NCBI GenBank assembly: GCA_964019335.1
Contig: OZ025710.1
Coordinates: 248,001 to 312,000 of the forward strand
Direction of reading: 5' to 3'
From: Diplonema japonicum
Taxonomy: Eukaryota > Protista > Euglenozoa: Diplonemea
DNA length: 64,000 nt
Shown here: positions 1 to 11,122 of the stretch, one piece after another
Numbering within the stretch: position 1 is the stretch's first letter
Layout: each line of letters starts with the position of its first letter
Translations under genes and position numbers: made by a program
The notes under the pieces: generated by a model
Databases searched by the model: none
The model's input: the letters and a program-made list of their open reading frames with translations, nothing else
What the model was told of the DNA's origin: nothing

Positions 1-90
1 ATTTTTTTTTTTTCGTGTAAGTGTACGGAGGCAAGAGGGGTTTTTTTTGTTAAAAAAAATCTTCTTTTTTTTTTTCTCTCTTCTTTTTTT

Positions 91-323
91 TCAGGCTCCA
101 ACAACGCTTCTGATGCCGGATAGTTTTTTCTGGTTGTCAGCCCCCAGTAGTTTTGCCGCGCTGAGTTGGTCCTGTTTTTTTATTTTTTTTATATTTTTTT
201 TTTATTATTTGTTCGTACCGAAATTACTGTGTGCGCATGTGCCATCTCAGCGAACGAACCCTTCAAAGAATTTGCCCTGGCTTCAAATTCACAGGGCTTA
301 AGAACTGTATGGGATCCTGGCAT
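91..323 (-). CDS. Small 61-aa hypothetical protein, 2 exons (219-323, 91-171); not in the ORF track as a joined product
   Basis: ATG at 323. A 47-nt intron GTACGA...AAAAAACAG (172-218) joins two GC-richer islands in frame: MPGSHTVLKPCEFEARANSLKGSFAEMAHAHTVIS|DQLSAAKLLGADNQKKLSGIRSVVGA*. Confidence 0.55.
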
Positions 324-1007
324 TTTCTTTTTTTTTTTTAATAGAACCACCTCCTTTTCTCTATATTTCATCAAATAGAAGAACCATCACAAAAAAGAGG
401 GGGGGGTAAAGAAATGGCATTCTCTTTTTTTTTTGACCCACTTTATTCAAATGGAAGGGGAAAAGCAGGGAGAAAAAAAAGGGGGGGGGGGAAGTAAACG
501 CAAAAAGAAAAAGAAAATTGCCTTCTCTTTTTTTTTTAAAGCGGGGCAAGGATGGAAGGGGGATAACAAACCTAAGAATATTTTTCTTTTTCTTTTTCTT
601 TTTTTTTGAGGAAAACTTGGCTGCTCCTCGGTCATCCCAAGGGAAGGATAACTCGAATGACCACGTTCCATGTGTGTGCGAAGGTTCCCCGAATTTAAAA
701 AAAAAAAGAAGAAATAAATACAATGTCCAAAGTTTTTTTTTTTTTGGCAGCACCCACTCACCCAGCATACATCAATGACACAGAAGTTTTGCTTTTTTTT
801 TTCCCCTTCTTTTTTTTTTTCTTCTGGATTTAGTTTATCCCTTGTCCGATGAGGGAATTCACAAAAAAAAAATCTAAATTCATTTTTTTTTGTGTTTTTT
901 TGTGCTTTTTTCCCCCCCTTGTTTTGGTGTTTGTTTTGTTCTTCGCCTTACATACACTTTATTTAAAAAATAAAAATAGAACAATAAAAAAAAGAAAAAA
1001 AAATGCA

Positions 1008-1952
1008 TCAGCTGGCTTCCTTCTCTTGTTTAACCCGTTTCAACTGTGGTAGTACGTGTGTTTTCCACCCCCCCCCCCCCCCTCCCCTCATTCATACCTT
1101 TTCTTCAAAATCCCGTTTTCTCTTCTCCTTGTCGATTTTAAGCTGCGACTCGATCTGCTTGGACAGTCTATCATAATGCTGGCTTATACTCGACAGCAGC
1201 CAATTGAGGCCTTCATCAATGTTTGCATGCGATGCATGCCCAGCATCGATGGCGCAAATAGGAAGCAATTTGTGAGGAGAGGGTATGTTGGGCATGGAGA
1301 AGGCCTGGGAGATCGCATCGAGGGGAACGGGAGAAGGGGTGTCTTGTTTATTAGAAAAGAAGAGAATGGGTTTAGTAGCCGTGCGTTCGTCAGTGAGTAT
1401 CGTCTGCACCGCTTCGACTGACTCCGCCAATGATTCTTGATCAGAACCATCAACCACATATATAATTCCGTGAACGTCTGAGAAGTAATTTGGCCACACT
1501 CCTCTGATTCTAGACCCGCCCCCTAGATCATAAAGTACGAGGTCAAACTTGTCAGTTGCCATTCTCACTGGGGTGAATCCCACAGTTGGTGTTGTTTCTG
1601 TGTCAATGTCATTTCCCATTGCCGATAACAGTGTTGTTTTGCCAGCTCCAGCGATGCCGAAAACGGCGACGGTCACCTTCAGCTTCTTCCCGTTGTTGTT
1701 GTCCCCTCGGTCCTCTTGTGTTGGGTCGTACTTTGTTGGTGGTTCCTTCTCCGGTTCTTCTTCGTCTTTCTTCTCCATGTTCTCCCTCACCTTGTCTGCT
1801 TCGGGCATCGACATCAGAACCTCGATCAAAAACGGGACCAGCTCCTTCGGCTTTATCTGGAGGATGTTCCCCGCCAACCGCTCGAAGAGAAGGTGCATCT
1901 TGTGCTCTCGGATATACTCCAGGTTTTTTTGATCCTCCATTTGCTCAGACAT
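1008..1952 (-). CDS. ARL13: ARL13-like ciliary small GTPase with N-terminal dimerization/docking (DD) domain; exons 1098-1952, 1008-1043
   Basis: G1 GIAGAGKTT, G3 DLGGG (Gly in place of the usual Gln, typical of ARL13), G4 NKQD. N-terminal EYIREHKMHLLFERL...KPKELVPFL is DD-like. Intron GTATGA...CCACAG 1044-1097 gives the C-terminus LKRVKQEKEAS*. Confidence 0.85.
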
Positions 1953-2111
1953 TTTTTTTTTTTAATTCTTCCCTCCCCGCTCTCCCCCCCCCCCCCCTCT
2001 CCTTTTAAAAAAGATTTTTTTGTACTTACAAATGTAATATTGGGGGTTAGAAGAACGATTTTTCTTTTCCTTTCTTTTTTTTTTTTTAAAAAAAAACGAA
2101 TTCCAGTCCAA

Positions 2112-2972
2112 TTAAACACGTCCTCTCAGAACCATGTCCTCCACAGCGGTCCCGTGACCGGTGATGGTCACGATCCTGTCCTGTGTGGTCTTGTCGACTG
2201 TGAAGGTTGCTGTTGCAAAGGAGTTTTCTTCAACACATGAGAGCATCGCTGGCAATACAAGAAAGTGCACGCCTGCCTCTTCCAAGTAGGACCCTTCGTG
2301 ATAGTGGCCAGACAGCACTGTGTGAACTTTATTTTTATATTTTTGGATGAGAGAGAGGATATCTGCATGGTTCCAAGCACGATGCGTGTGGCCTCGATGA
2401 GGAAGGAGGACGGGATGGTGCGTTGCAATAACAACGGACTTCGCCCCTGCTGCGTTTAAATACTTCTCCAAATTGTCCAGTTGGGACTGTGTAACACCTC
2501 CATTATACGTCAGCATTTGCGGCTCGCTCCCCAAAGGATTCCGTTTAAGAAAATCTATCGTTTCTTGCGTCATGACACCTTCTTCAATAACAGACATTTT
2601 GGTGGTATCGACGGTGTAAAGTGACCACCCGTCACCGAGGGGGGTCGAACTGTCCCCGTTCCAGGAAAGTTTTTTTTCCAGGGTTTTGCGCTCCATTTTT
2701 TTCAAGCAGTGATTTCCTATTACGTGCCATGTGGTTTCCATGCCGTGGAACCGGTCTAGAACTTCGCAGAGTGCTGCCTCCGACGCGGATCTCCCTTCCT
2801 CTTCTCCTTCTATAGTGTCACCTAGGTTTAAAATTTTTGTGGTGTGGTTTTCTCGCCACGTTGTTATCGCTCGATCCAAACGATCGAGCGTTTCCTTGTA
2901 CTCGCGTGAGGGCTCTGCGGTTGGGGAGTACTGGATATCGCTGACCAACCCGATGCAAGGGTTGGATGACAT
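2112..2972 (-). CDS. Metallophosphoesterase, Mn-dependent ADP-ribose/CDP-alcohol diphosphatase-like
   Basis: Motifs SDIQY, LGDTIEG, VIGNHC, HHP, SGHYHEG. Start placed at MSSNPC (2972); the upstream part of the track ORF is homopolymer noise. Confidence 0.8.
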   Translation of the reverse strand: MSSNPCIGLVSDIQYSPTAEPSREYKETLDRLDRAITTWRENHTTKILNLGDTIEGEEEGRSASEAALCEVLDRFHGMETTWHVIGNHCLKKMERKTLEKKLSWNGDSSTPLGDGWSLYTVDTTKMSVIEEGVMTQETIDFLKRNPLGSEPQMLTYNGGVTQSQLDNLEKYLNAAGAKSVVIATHHPVLLPHRGHTHRAWNHADILSLIQKYKNKVHTVLSGHYHEGSYLEEAGVHFLVLPAMLSCVEENSFATATFTVDKTTQDRIVTITGHGTAVEDMVLRGRV

Positions 2973-3756
2973 TATTTTTTTTTGTGGAGCCTTTTTTTTT
3001 TTTTTTTTTTTCCCCGTGTGTAAGAAGGAAAAAAATAAAATAAAAAAACAACAGGGAAAGAAAGAAAAAAAAATGGAGGTCATTGTGTTCTGTTTCGTGA
3101 AAGAGAAAGGGTGGGGGGGGGGGAAGAAAAGGGGGGGGGAGAAGAACAAATAAAAGAAAAGACCCAGCATTTGGTGATGTTGGCGAAAGTGTTTTTTCTT
3201 TTCTTTTCTTTTTTTCCCCCCTCTCCTTTCAAGCCGTGTAACTGTCCCCCCCTTCTCTTTTTGTCGCAAGACACCTATAACATAGGACGAATTATTAGCC
3301 ACAGAAAGGGAAAAAAAAAAAACCACACACCGTAAAATCTCTTAATTTTGTCTGGGAAGCCTTTTTTTTTTCCTCTCCGGTATATTGTTAATCTTTCGTT
3401 GGCAAGAAAATAATTTGACGTTCCGGGAAAAGAATTAAGAGATTTACAGTAGTTGATATAAAAATCTAACTTTAAAAAAAATAGGCAAAGGTGGATGAGG
3501 GGGGTAAAACTTTCCCCCCACTCTCTCCACCCCCCCCCCCCCTCCCTCTTCGTTTATTTAAGTTTCTACTTTTTATTTCGGGTAAGATTTCCTATTTACA
3601 ACTTCTTTTTTTTTTTCGTTGCGTTGCCAAGGTTTTTTTTTTTTTTTTTCCTTCTTTTTTTCCTTTTCCTTCTTTCTCTCTCTCTCTCTCTCCTGCAAAC
3701 GCGTTCTACCCTGCAAAATAGCTTTCTAGAGGTGCTTAGAGAATAAAGGGCGAAAT

Positions 3757-3892
3757 GATTCTTTTATGACCTATGTCTTTGGTGTTCGCTCGAGTAAAAA
3801 ATTTTTTTTAAACAAAGCTTCTTTACTCGGCACAAGTTGCATAAGGTAATAAAATATCCTTTTTTTTTTTTGAAAAGAAAAAATATTCATGA

Positions 3893-3927
<35 letters not shown>

Positions 3928-4820
3928 ACAAAACAAAAAATATTTGTGAAGACGGAAATAGAATCCAAACGAAAGTACTTATGACACTTGAGGGGAAAAA
4001 ATGACTATTTATTTAGTGAATATAAGATCCTATGATTTCACGCGTGGTGGCAGTGGTTTTGACGAGTGAAGTAATGACGGTTATATCACGTGGAATCATC
4101 AATCTTATATTCACAAATACGATATTTTATTTAACGACAGCAAAATTTGAGTGGGTGGGAGGTACAGGTGGTACCAATTACAACAGGTGTCGGATATGTG
4201 CCTCGGTAGTGCACATGTTTCCTGCGAACATCAACGCTGCATAAGCGTGGCGGACGATGCCATACCTCGGTGCTAAAGAATTCTGTCATTTGCTCTTGGG
4301 TAAAGATGTTCGCCTTTTGTGTTGACTCGCCTTCTTGGAACCTCTTGAGGGGGACCTTTAGCCGGGGGTGGTCTTGCAACTGCTTGTTGTAATTTCTCCT
4401 CACAACCGAGTTTAGCCTTGTAAGCCGTCCGGACTGAACGGGCAGCAGGCCTTGCTTGTTCATGTCGTTGAAATAGAGAATAGAATCCTCTTCTTTCGGA
4501 CGGGCCCTTCTTTTCCTTCCTATAATTATGAAACACACAAAAGCGTGCCCACTCCTTTTCGTATGGCTCTTGGAAGGGGGTGAACCCTGCTGCGTCCGCC
4601 TCTTGTGCAGTCGGGTTCTTGCCTATCCCAAAAGAACCTCGGTAGGAACTTTTGGAGGGTTTTGCTTAAATTAGGCCCAGGAGTGAAATAATATTTCTTA
4701 TTTTAACGCTATCAGAATTTTTTCACTCCTGGGCCTAATTTCTTTTAGAAGCCGGAGCGTGAAAATAAAGTCAGGAGTGAAATAAAGTGAATTTTTATTT
4801 TCACTCCCACCCATGAAAAT
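3757..4820 (-). mobile_element. Degenerate Crypton-like (tyrosine recombinase) DNA transposon remnant with hairpin ends
   Basis: Minus-strand fragment ILYFNDM...LQDHPRLKVPLKRFQEGESTQKANIFTQEQMTEFF plus frameshifted IVRHAYAALMFAGNMCTTE resembles Crypton-type YR proteins. Perfect inverted repeats 4669-4688/4721-4740 and 4016-4028/4102-4114. Hairpin repeat 3757-3895 recurs at 60641-60775. Confidence 0.55.
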
Positions 4821-4835
4821 TTTGGTGGAGTTAAA

Positions 4836-4885
<50 letters not shown>

Positions 4886-5111
4886 GGGGTGGAAAAAAAT
4901 GAATGGGCAACCAAGGAAGCCCATTTTTTTTTTTTGACCCGCCCAGAATTTCTCAACATCCTGGAATAGCTAGGAGAAGAAAAATCACTATGATAGAAAA
5001 CGAAGTGGTGAGCAACGGCCCACAAAAACAAAACTAAAAAAAAAACTTTGGACTCAAGTCCAAACAGGGGGATGGGATACAGGTCCTTTACCAGGACATG
5101 GTGCACGCGCA

Positions 5112-5142
<31 letters not shown>

Positions 5143-5212
5143 TTGACAGGAGGGGATAAATTAAAAATATGGGAGGGAACGCACTTTTTTTTTTTTTTTT
5201 TTTTTTTTTTGC

Positions 5213-6004
5213 CTACTCAACAGGTTCTTTATCTAAGAATTCCTCACTCCCCCCTTGTTCAACACGAACATATCCTATGTGAAACCTATCCAGCAGGGCC
5301 TTAGCCTTGTTCGAGTGGATCTTGTAGAAATGCGTAGTGGCTGATCGGCCAGCGTACCGCTGCAAAATTCGCGGTCCACCAGGATGAGATGTTACATAAG
5401 TAGTCACGTCATAAACCTTTCTACCAATGACAATCCAAATATCTTCCAGTGTATTGTGGAGGGCAACCTCAGCAAGGGAGTAAGAAGGGGCCATGCGAAG
5501 GCATCCTCCTCTGTGTTTCTTGAGCGTGTCCATTCTCGAGGTGAGGTCGCCTCTGTTTCGAATGGTGGTCCCATCTATGTCGAGAAGAATCCATTTTGGC
5601 TGCACACCAGCCATGGATCCAGGGCTTGCTTCTTCAATTTCTCGGGCATAGACCCCAAGGTCGTTGACATCCCATTTCACACCGATTTTTTCTTCTCCCT
5701 CTCGTAGCCGTACGTGGACCATCATTTTAACCATCATGGTGGGGCGGGCTCGGTCGCTGTTGACGCTGGAGGCTTTCAGTGATTTTCTGGATTCGCCGAG
5801 CTCTTCTGTGGAATAGCTTTCTTTCTTCTCAGCGGAAGAAATTGTTTCTTTACTCGCGAAGCGTGGTGTTGGCTGCGATGATGTGTTTTTTGTTGGGGTT
5901 GCTTTGTTCCCGCTCACCGCATTTGTCTTCACCGCCCACTGAGTTTCCGGTTGACCGTTTTTCGACACCAAAGGTCGTTTCTCATGGCTGCAACAGCTTC
6001 CCAT
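5213..6004 (-). CDS. N-acylated PDZ-like + cytochrome b5 domain protein
   Basis: Starts MGSCCS (myristoyl/palmitoyl pattern) just after a U-rich tract and AG. PDZ-like IGVKW...EEASPGSMAGVQPKWILLDIDG. Cyt-b5 motif VYDVTTYVTSHPGG...FYKIHS. Confidence 0.8.
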   Translation of the reverse strand: MGSCCSHEKRPLVSKNGQPETQWAVKTNAVSGNKATPTKNTSSQPTPRFASKETISSAEKKESYSTEELGESRKSLKASSVNSDRARPTMMVKMMVHVRLREGEEKIGVKWDVNDLGVYAREIEEASPGSMAGVQPKWILLDIDGTTIRNRGDLTSRMDTLKKHRGGCLRMAPSYSLAEVALHNTLEDIWIVIGRKVYDVTTYVTSHPGGPRILQRYAGRSATTHFYKIHSNKAKALLDRFHIGYVRVEQGGSEEFLDKEPVE

Positions 6005-6119
6005 CCTCTCCTGGAAATTATAAAAAAAATATGGAAAAAAAAATAATAATAAAAAAAAAAAAAAGCCAACCGTGTAAATATTTTTTTTTTGTTTTTTTTT
6101 TTTTTCTCTTTTTTTTTTT

Positions 6120-6335
6120 TCACTTTCCTTTCGCTGCTGAAAACATGTCCTTTTGCGACAGTTCGTGTTTTCGGTATACGCGGTACATCTCGGTCCCTTT
6201 GCAGCTGCCCTTCTCCAAGTTCGGGATGTTCTTTTGCAACGCGGGGAAGTCCTTCCCGGCAGGCAGCCCCCAAAACTCCACACAGTCCCCCCGCGTGTTT
6301 GTCAGGTGGTATGTCGACCACAGTGAGTTCCCCAT
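6120..6335 (-). CDS. Small 71-aa protein with putative N-myristoylation site
   Basis: GC-richer island; ATG immediately after ...TTTTAG; begins MGNSLWS (MGxxxS-like). Confidence 0.5.
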   Translation of the reverse strand: MGNSLWSTYHLTNTRGDCVEFWGLPAGKDFPALQKNIPNLEKGSCKGTEMYRVYRKHELSQKDMFSAAKGK

Positions 6336-6467
6336 CTAAAAACTTACTTTAAAAAAAAATTTTTTTCCCCCCTCCCTCCACCCCCCTCCCGTCTCCCTCT
6401 TTTTAAAAATTCTCTCATCGATTCGCTAAGGTTTACTGCAAAAAAAAAAAAAAAAAACACACACACT

Positions 6468-7151
6468 CTACAGCGCGTCTGTCAACGATCTGAAAACAAA
6501 CCGTGTGCTGTCTCTTTTGCTCCTCTCGGCAGCGCCAAGGATGTGGTGCTGTCGCTCCGACACGAAGAACAGTGTTGTGGCCCTATTCCCCCACGGGTAG
6601 GTGTTTGGGTACAACGCTAGATGCGTAGCTGCAAGGGGTTTGAGATGCAAAGATGATGTTACCCCAGCCTGTCGAATCGCTTTAACAATTCTTTCCTGAA
6701 GAGGGCGGTCTGTGTAGTCTGTGGTAAGAACAGCAATGGCGTGCTGGGAAGTAGCAGGGTCGGCGGGGGTGGCTTGAATCCTGTCTTCTAAGAGATCATC
6801 GTAAAGGGCTGTGCAAAGAGCACCCCACACAGCCTCCATGTCGTCTCTGTCTACGAATCCGAACCACTTTCCTTCGGCAGCGCCGTGTTTTTCAAATACA
6901 GCGTGGCTCAGGCCCTCGATGGTGATAAGCTTTTTTGTCCTTTCGTCGTCTTCGTCCATGCGCTCTGGGGAGCAGTATTTTTTGAATTCTTCAACAACTT
7001 TCTTGGAGGCCTCGCCGGCTTCCCATTCTTCTCCCCCCTTGTCCACACCTATCCACTCGCACGAATCTACTGTTGTTTTTACAGGTGAGAGCCTCTCCAG
7101 AAACTGGGGCAGGGTCTCCCCAATGCGCTTGCATAATATTCGCGGCTGCAT
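6468..7151 (-). CDS. DUF1917 / C11orf68 (Bles03)-like protein
   Basis: GKWFGF...VWGAL...AIAVLTTDYTD...HLKPLAATHLALY follows the family pattern GKW...W...I.VYT.D..D...YKPD..T.L.IY. Confidence 0.7.
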   Translation of the reverse strand: MQPRILCKRIGETLPQFLERLSPVKTTVDSCEWIGVDKGGEEWEAGEASKKVVEEFKKYCSPERMDEDDERTKKLITIEGLSHAVFEKHGAAEGKWFGFVDRDDMEAVWGALCTALYDDLLEDRIQATPADPATSQHAIAVLTTDYTDRPLQERIVKAIRQAGVTSSLHLKPLAATHLALYPNTYPWGNRATTLFFVSERQHHILGAAERSKRDSTRFVFRSLTDAL

Positions 7152-7684
7152 TCTTTTTTTTTTTTTTTTTTTTTTTTTGCTGGAGATTTTTCCTTTTTTT
7201 TTTAAAAAACGGGAAAAGATTTAAAAAAAAAAAAAAAAAAAGCAAACGGAGTAAAAAGTAAAAAAAAAAATAGGGGAAAAGGAGAAAAAAAAAGAGGGAA
7301 AAAAATAATAATTGTGAGGGGAAAAAAAAAAAATGGTGGGGGTAAAGGAGAGGGGAGGGAAAGGGTGGGGTATCCTGGAACGAAGGGCGGTAAAATAAAA
7401 TGAAATAAAATAAAATAAAATAAAAAAAAAACTATTTATTAACTCTAAGTATTTTGGGTGATTTTAAAAACTCGATAAAATAAATGGAAGGGGGTGAAAT
7501 GATACATAAACGGCACAAGAAAAGAAAAGAAAAAATTACCACAGGTACAAGGGGATGAAGGGGGGAGTGTTGTTTCCCAATGCCAACAAAGACCCAAAAT
7601 CGAAAAATTTCGAAAATCAATTACCCCCCCCCCCCCTGGGCGTCTAAGGGTTAAATTCGAAATAAAAAAGGGCCCCATTCTTGT

Positions 7685-9167
7685 CTGTGTGACTTTTTTT
7701 TTTTTTTTTTTGGAGAAAAGCTTTTGTTTGTTGCAAAAGAGAAGAATCAGCAGATAGGGATGGCAAAAAAAAAAAATGTGTGCTTTTTTTATTTAAAAAA
7801 TTGATAATCAGGGATGGGAAGGGGTGGGGGTGGAAAAGCCAATATAAATATATATTTTTTTTTCTTCTTCTTTTTTTCCCCCTGTTCACCTCGAAAGGTT
7901 TTTTTTTATAGGGAGATGCGAAGGAACACAGTCGCTCGTGAGTTCAAGCGTTACACAAAAAAAATTAAGAGATTTTTTTTTCTGTTTTTTTTTTTTTCAT
8001 GATTTTCCGTTGTAATAATTGTCGGAAAAAAAAATAAAAAATATAATTATTCTACGGTCGCACACTCAAGCGAACTACCGAGAGGCTTCTGTAGCAAATA
8101 AGAAATAACAATAAAAAAATCAAAAAAATGGTATGGGATTAATGTGAATTAAAAAAAAATCTTTTTTTTAAATATTTACCAGCAAAGATGTGAAGAAGTA
8201 GCAATGGCAAAAAGCCGCACCGAAAGGGGGGAGCGGACTTTGCTTAAAAGCACAAGGAACATCTTTACCAGAGTTTGGTTTCTGCTTTTTTTCTTTTTTT
8301 TTTCCCCCTTAAATGTCGCCTTTCCCACCCCACCCCTTTCCGTCTCCTCTTAAATCAAAAAAAAAAGAGAAAAACAAACCATGGTGTGAAGCGTTAAAGG
8401 GGAAAAGATCAAGATTACCCTAAAAAGGGTATTTTTTTTTAATAAAGGTACGAGGAACACCTAGGAATTTGGTCTATTTTTTATTATTTTTTTTTCCAAA
8501 GAGGAGCGGTAAAAAAGAGGGGTGTATTCGGGAGGAGTGGGCAAAAGGGACGGTAGAAGAAAAAAAGAGAAAAAGCGGGAGGAAAAGAAAACAGAGTTTT
8601 TTTTTTTTTTTTTTTTTTTTTCTTCTTCCTTCTTCTCCTGCTCGAGTTGCATCTCTTATATATTGCTTATGTTAAAATAGGAGCAAAGATGTGGACTAAT
8701 CGATTGGGGGAAATGAAAAAAAAAATGAAAAAAAAGGAATAGGGCCAGCCAATTCCAGTTTTTTTCCCATTTTTTTTTTCCATTTGCACAAGTACGAGGA
8801 ACATCTTTACCAGCATTAAAAAAAAAAAAAGGAGAGGGTAAAAACAAATAAAAAAATTAAGAAAGCATAAAAAATAAGAGAATAAAACCGCAGGAGAAAG
8901 AATCGAAAAAAATGGAAGAAGAAGAATAATCAGATTTTTTTTTTTAAAAAAAAAGTTTTACCTGCCATAGAATGGTGAGACAAAACATAATATGTGAAGA
9001 GATTTGAAGAATAAAAGGGAGGGGAAAAAAAAAGAGAAACTTTCAGGGTAGGGGGGGCTCAGCCACCTAGAGGGGGGGAACTCACCACCCAGGGGCCTTC
9101 CTAGACCTGACAGACCTTCATTTTTTTTTCTTCCCCCCTGAAAGAGCTCGAGGAACACAGATGTTTT
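7685..9167 (-). promoter_or_regulatory. Array of five structured RNA motifs in the putative 3' UTR of the SPX-CCCH gene
   Basis: In mRNA sense: stem-UGU-UCCUYGWRC...YUYC-ACA-stem. Arm pairs are 9141-9167/8982-9000, 8792-8813/8681-8696, 8448-8465/8379-8392, 8250-8271/8179-8196 and 7919-7931/7685-7693. Stems differ in sequence but still pair. Confidence 0.6.
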
Positions 9168-10777
9168 AAAGGACAAATCTACTGGAAAAGGCAGGGCACT
9201 TTTTTTTTTTTTTTTTTTTAAACTTTCGAAAAGAGATTAGGGGGGAAAAAAAAAGAAAAAAAAAAGGATCTCAACAAGGATTTTTTTTTCTTTTTTTTTT
9301 TTTCTATAAAAAAAATAAAGCGAAGAAAAAAAAAAGAATTGAAAAAGTAGGCATCATGTGTGTTTCACATATTTCCTAGTAAAAAAACCTACCGAGTTTG
9401 AGGATGTGTGGACCCGTTGCGGTCTTGAGGTGAACTTCTTTTTTTTTTTGAATTGTCATGTGATTTCAATTTCAAAAAAAAAAAAAAAAAAATAGAAAAA
9501 AGGTTCCTCCTCATAATATTTACTCTCAATTCTTTTTTTAACATTTTCTTACAAAAATAAAAAAAAGATTTAAAAAAAAAAAATGGGTGTGATTGTGTGA
9601 AAAAAGATAAAAACAAAAAAAGGGGATGAATTTTTTTTACCGAACTTTTTTTTAATATATATATAGCGACTGTGTATAGACGTGCTTTATTCGAGAATGC
9701 AGGGGAGGATAAAAAAAAGGGGGGGGGAGGACCTTATTGCAACCCCTGGAACGATAATTTGAATCAAACATACATGGGGGGGAGGACCTGAAATGTATTT
9801 ATTTTTTTAAATTGGCTTTCTTTTTTGATAATTTTTTTTTTAAAATTTTTTTTTGAAAATTAGGGATGAGGGGGGAAGAGCAAAGAAAAAGAGAAAAAAA
9901 GAAATACGTGAGGAAATACAAAAAAAAGGAGAAAAAAAAACCGGGGGGAAATGATGAAAAGAAGAAAAAAAAGAAGAAGGGAGGTTTTTTTTTTTTTTTT
10001 TTTTTTTTTTCCTTCCCCTCTTCTTCCCCTACTCTGTCTAGAAAGTGAGCAAAGGAAGACGTACGGCAAAAAGCTTAACAGAAAGTACTTTAGCTGAAAA
10101 TTAAATACAGCAAAAAAGGAAGAAAAAAAAAAGAAAGGGGAAAGATCCTTATTGTGCCCCTTGGAACTTTTAAACGTTTTTTTTTTTAACCCCCCCGAAG
10201 AAAAGGGAGGAGGGAAAGGGATTTTTTAATTTTGTAATAATGAATTCCTATCGCTTAGTGCAAGCAACAGGTTTTTTAGTCCCTTTTATTCCCCCCTTCT
10301 ACTTATCTTTTTTTTAGATGCAAACAAAAAAGAAAACCACAAATTGCACGGGGATACATGTAAAAATTCTTTTAAGAAAAAAACACAAAAAAGTTTTTTT
10401 TTCGAGTGAAGGCAGCGGGCGGGGGAATGCATATAGAAAAAAAAAAGAAAAAAAAAAAAAAAAAAGCGAAGACGTAAGAAGAGAGAACGGGAAAGAAAAA
10501 AAAAAAGAAAATGGCAAAATTTTTCATCTTGCTCCTTTTTTTTTTTTTTTTTTCTTCTTCCTTTCCTCTTCCCTTCCCTTTTTTTTTCCTCCAGCAAGAT
10601 AGAAAAAAAAAAAAGAGAGAAAAAAAAAAAACTCAAAGTGCAGGACAAACCCCCTCTGGAGGGCCGTCCTTAAAAAAAGAACCAGGAAAAGGGAGTGTGT
10701 GGTGGGGCTAAGACGAAATCAAAGAACATCCTTTAACTTAGAATTTTTTTTTTCCCTTCTAGAAACAAAAAAAAAAA

Positions 10778-11087
10778 TCAGCACCTAGTACTGACAGGAG
10801 GTGGTAGAGGCGGGTTCATGGCATATGGCTGATGAACCGCTTCACTTGGTTTGTGCTGGACAGGGTGAACCGCTTGCTGCTGCTGATGATTTTGCTGGGG
10901 AACCCCAAGTTGCTGCGGCGAAAACGGAATAAACGAGTGGGGCTGGAAGGACTGCCCACCGTAAGGCTGCCCGTTTCCACCATAGTTGACATAGCACTGC
11001 GGGTACTGCACCGACGCAGCATTGGGAAGAATACTGTTGGCCACCTGAGCAAACGCCAGCGCAGCGGTCACATGAGTCATATCTGGT

Positions 11088-11122
<35 letters not shown>

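Noticed and set aside
7200-10750. Many F/K-rich ORFs in the track (also 28.3-32 kb and other gaps)
   Set aside because: They are translations of poly(T)/poly(A) runs with no coding signal.
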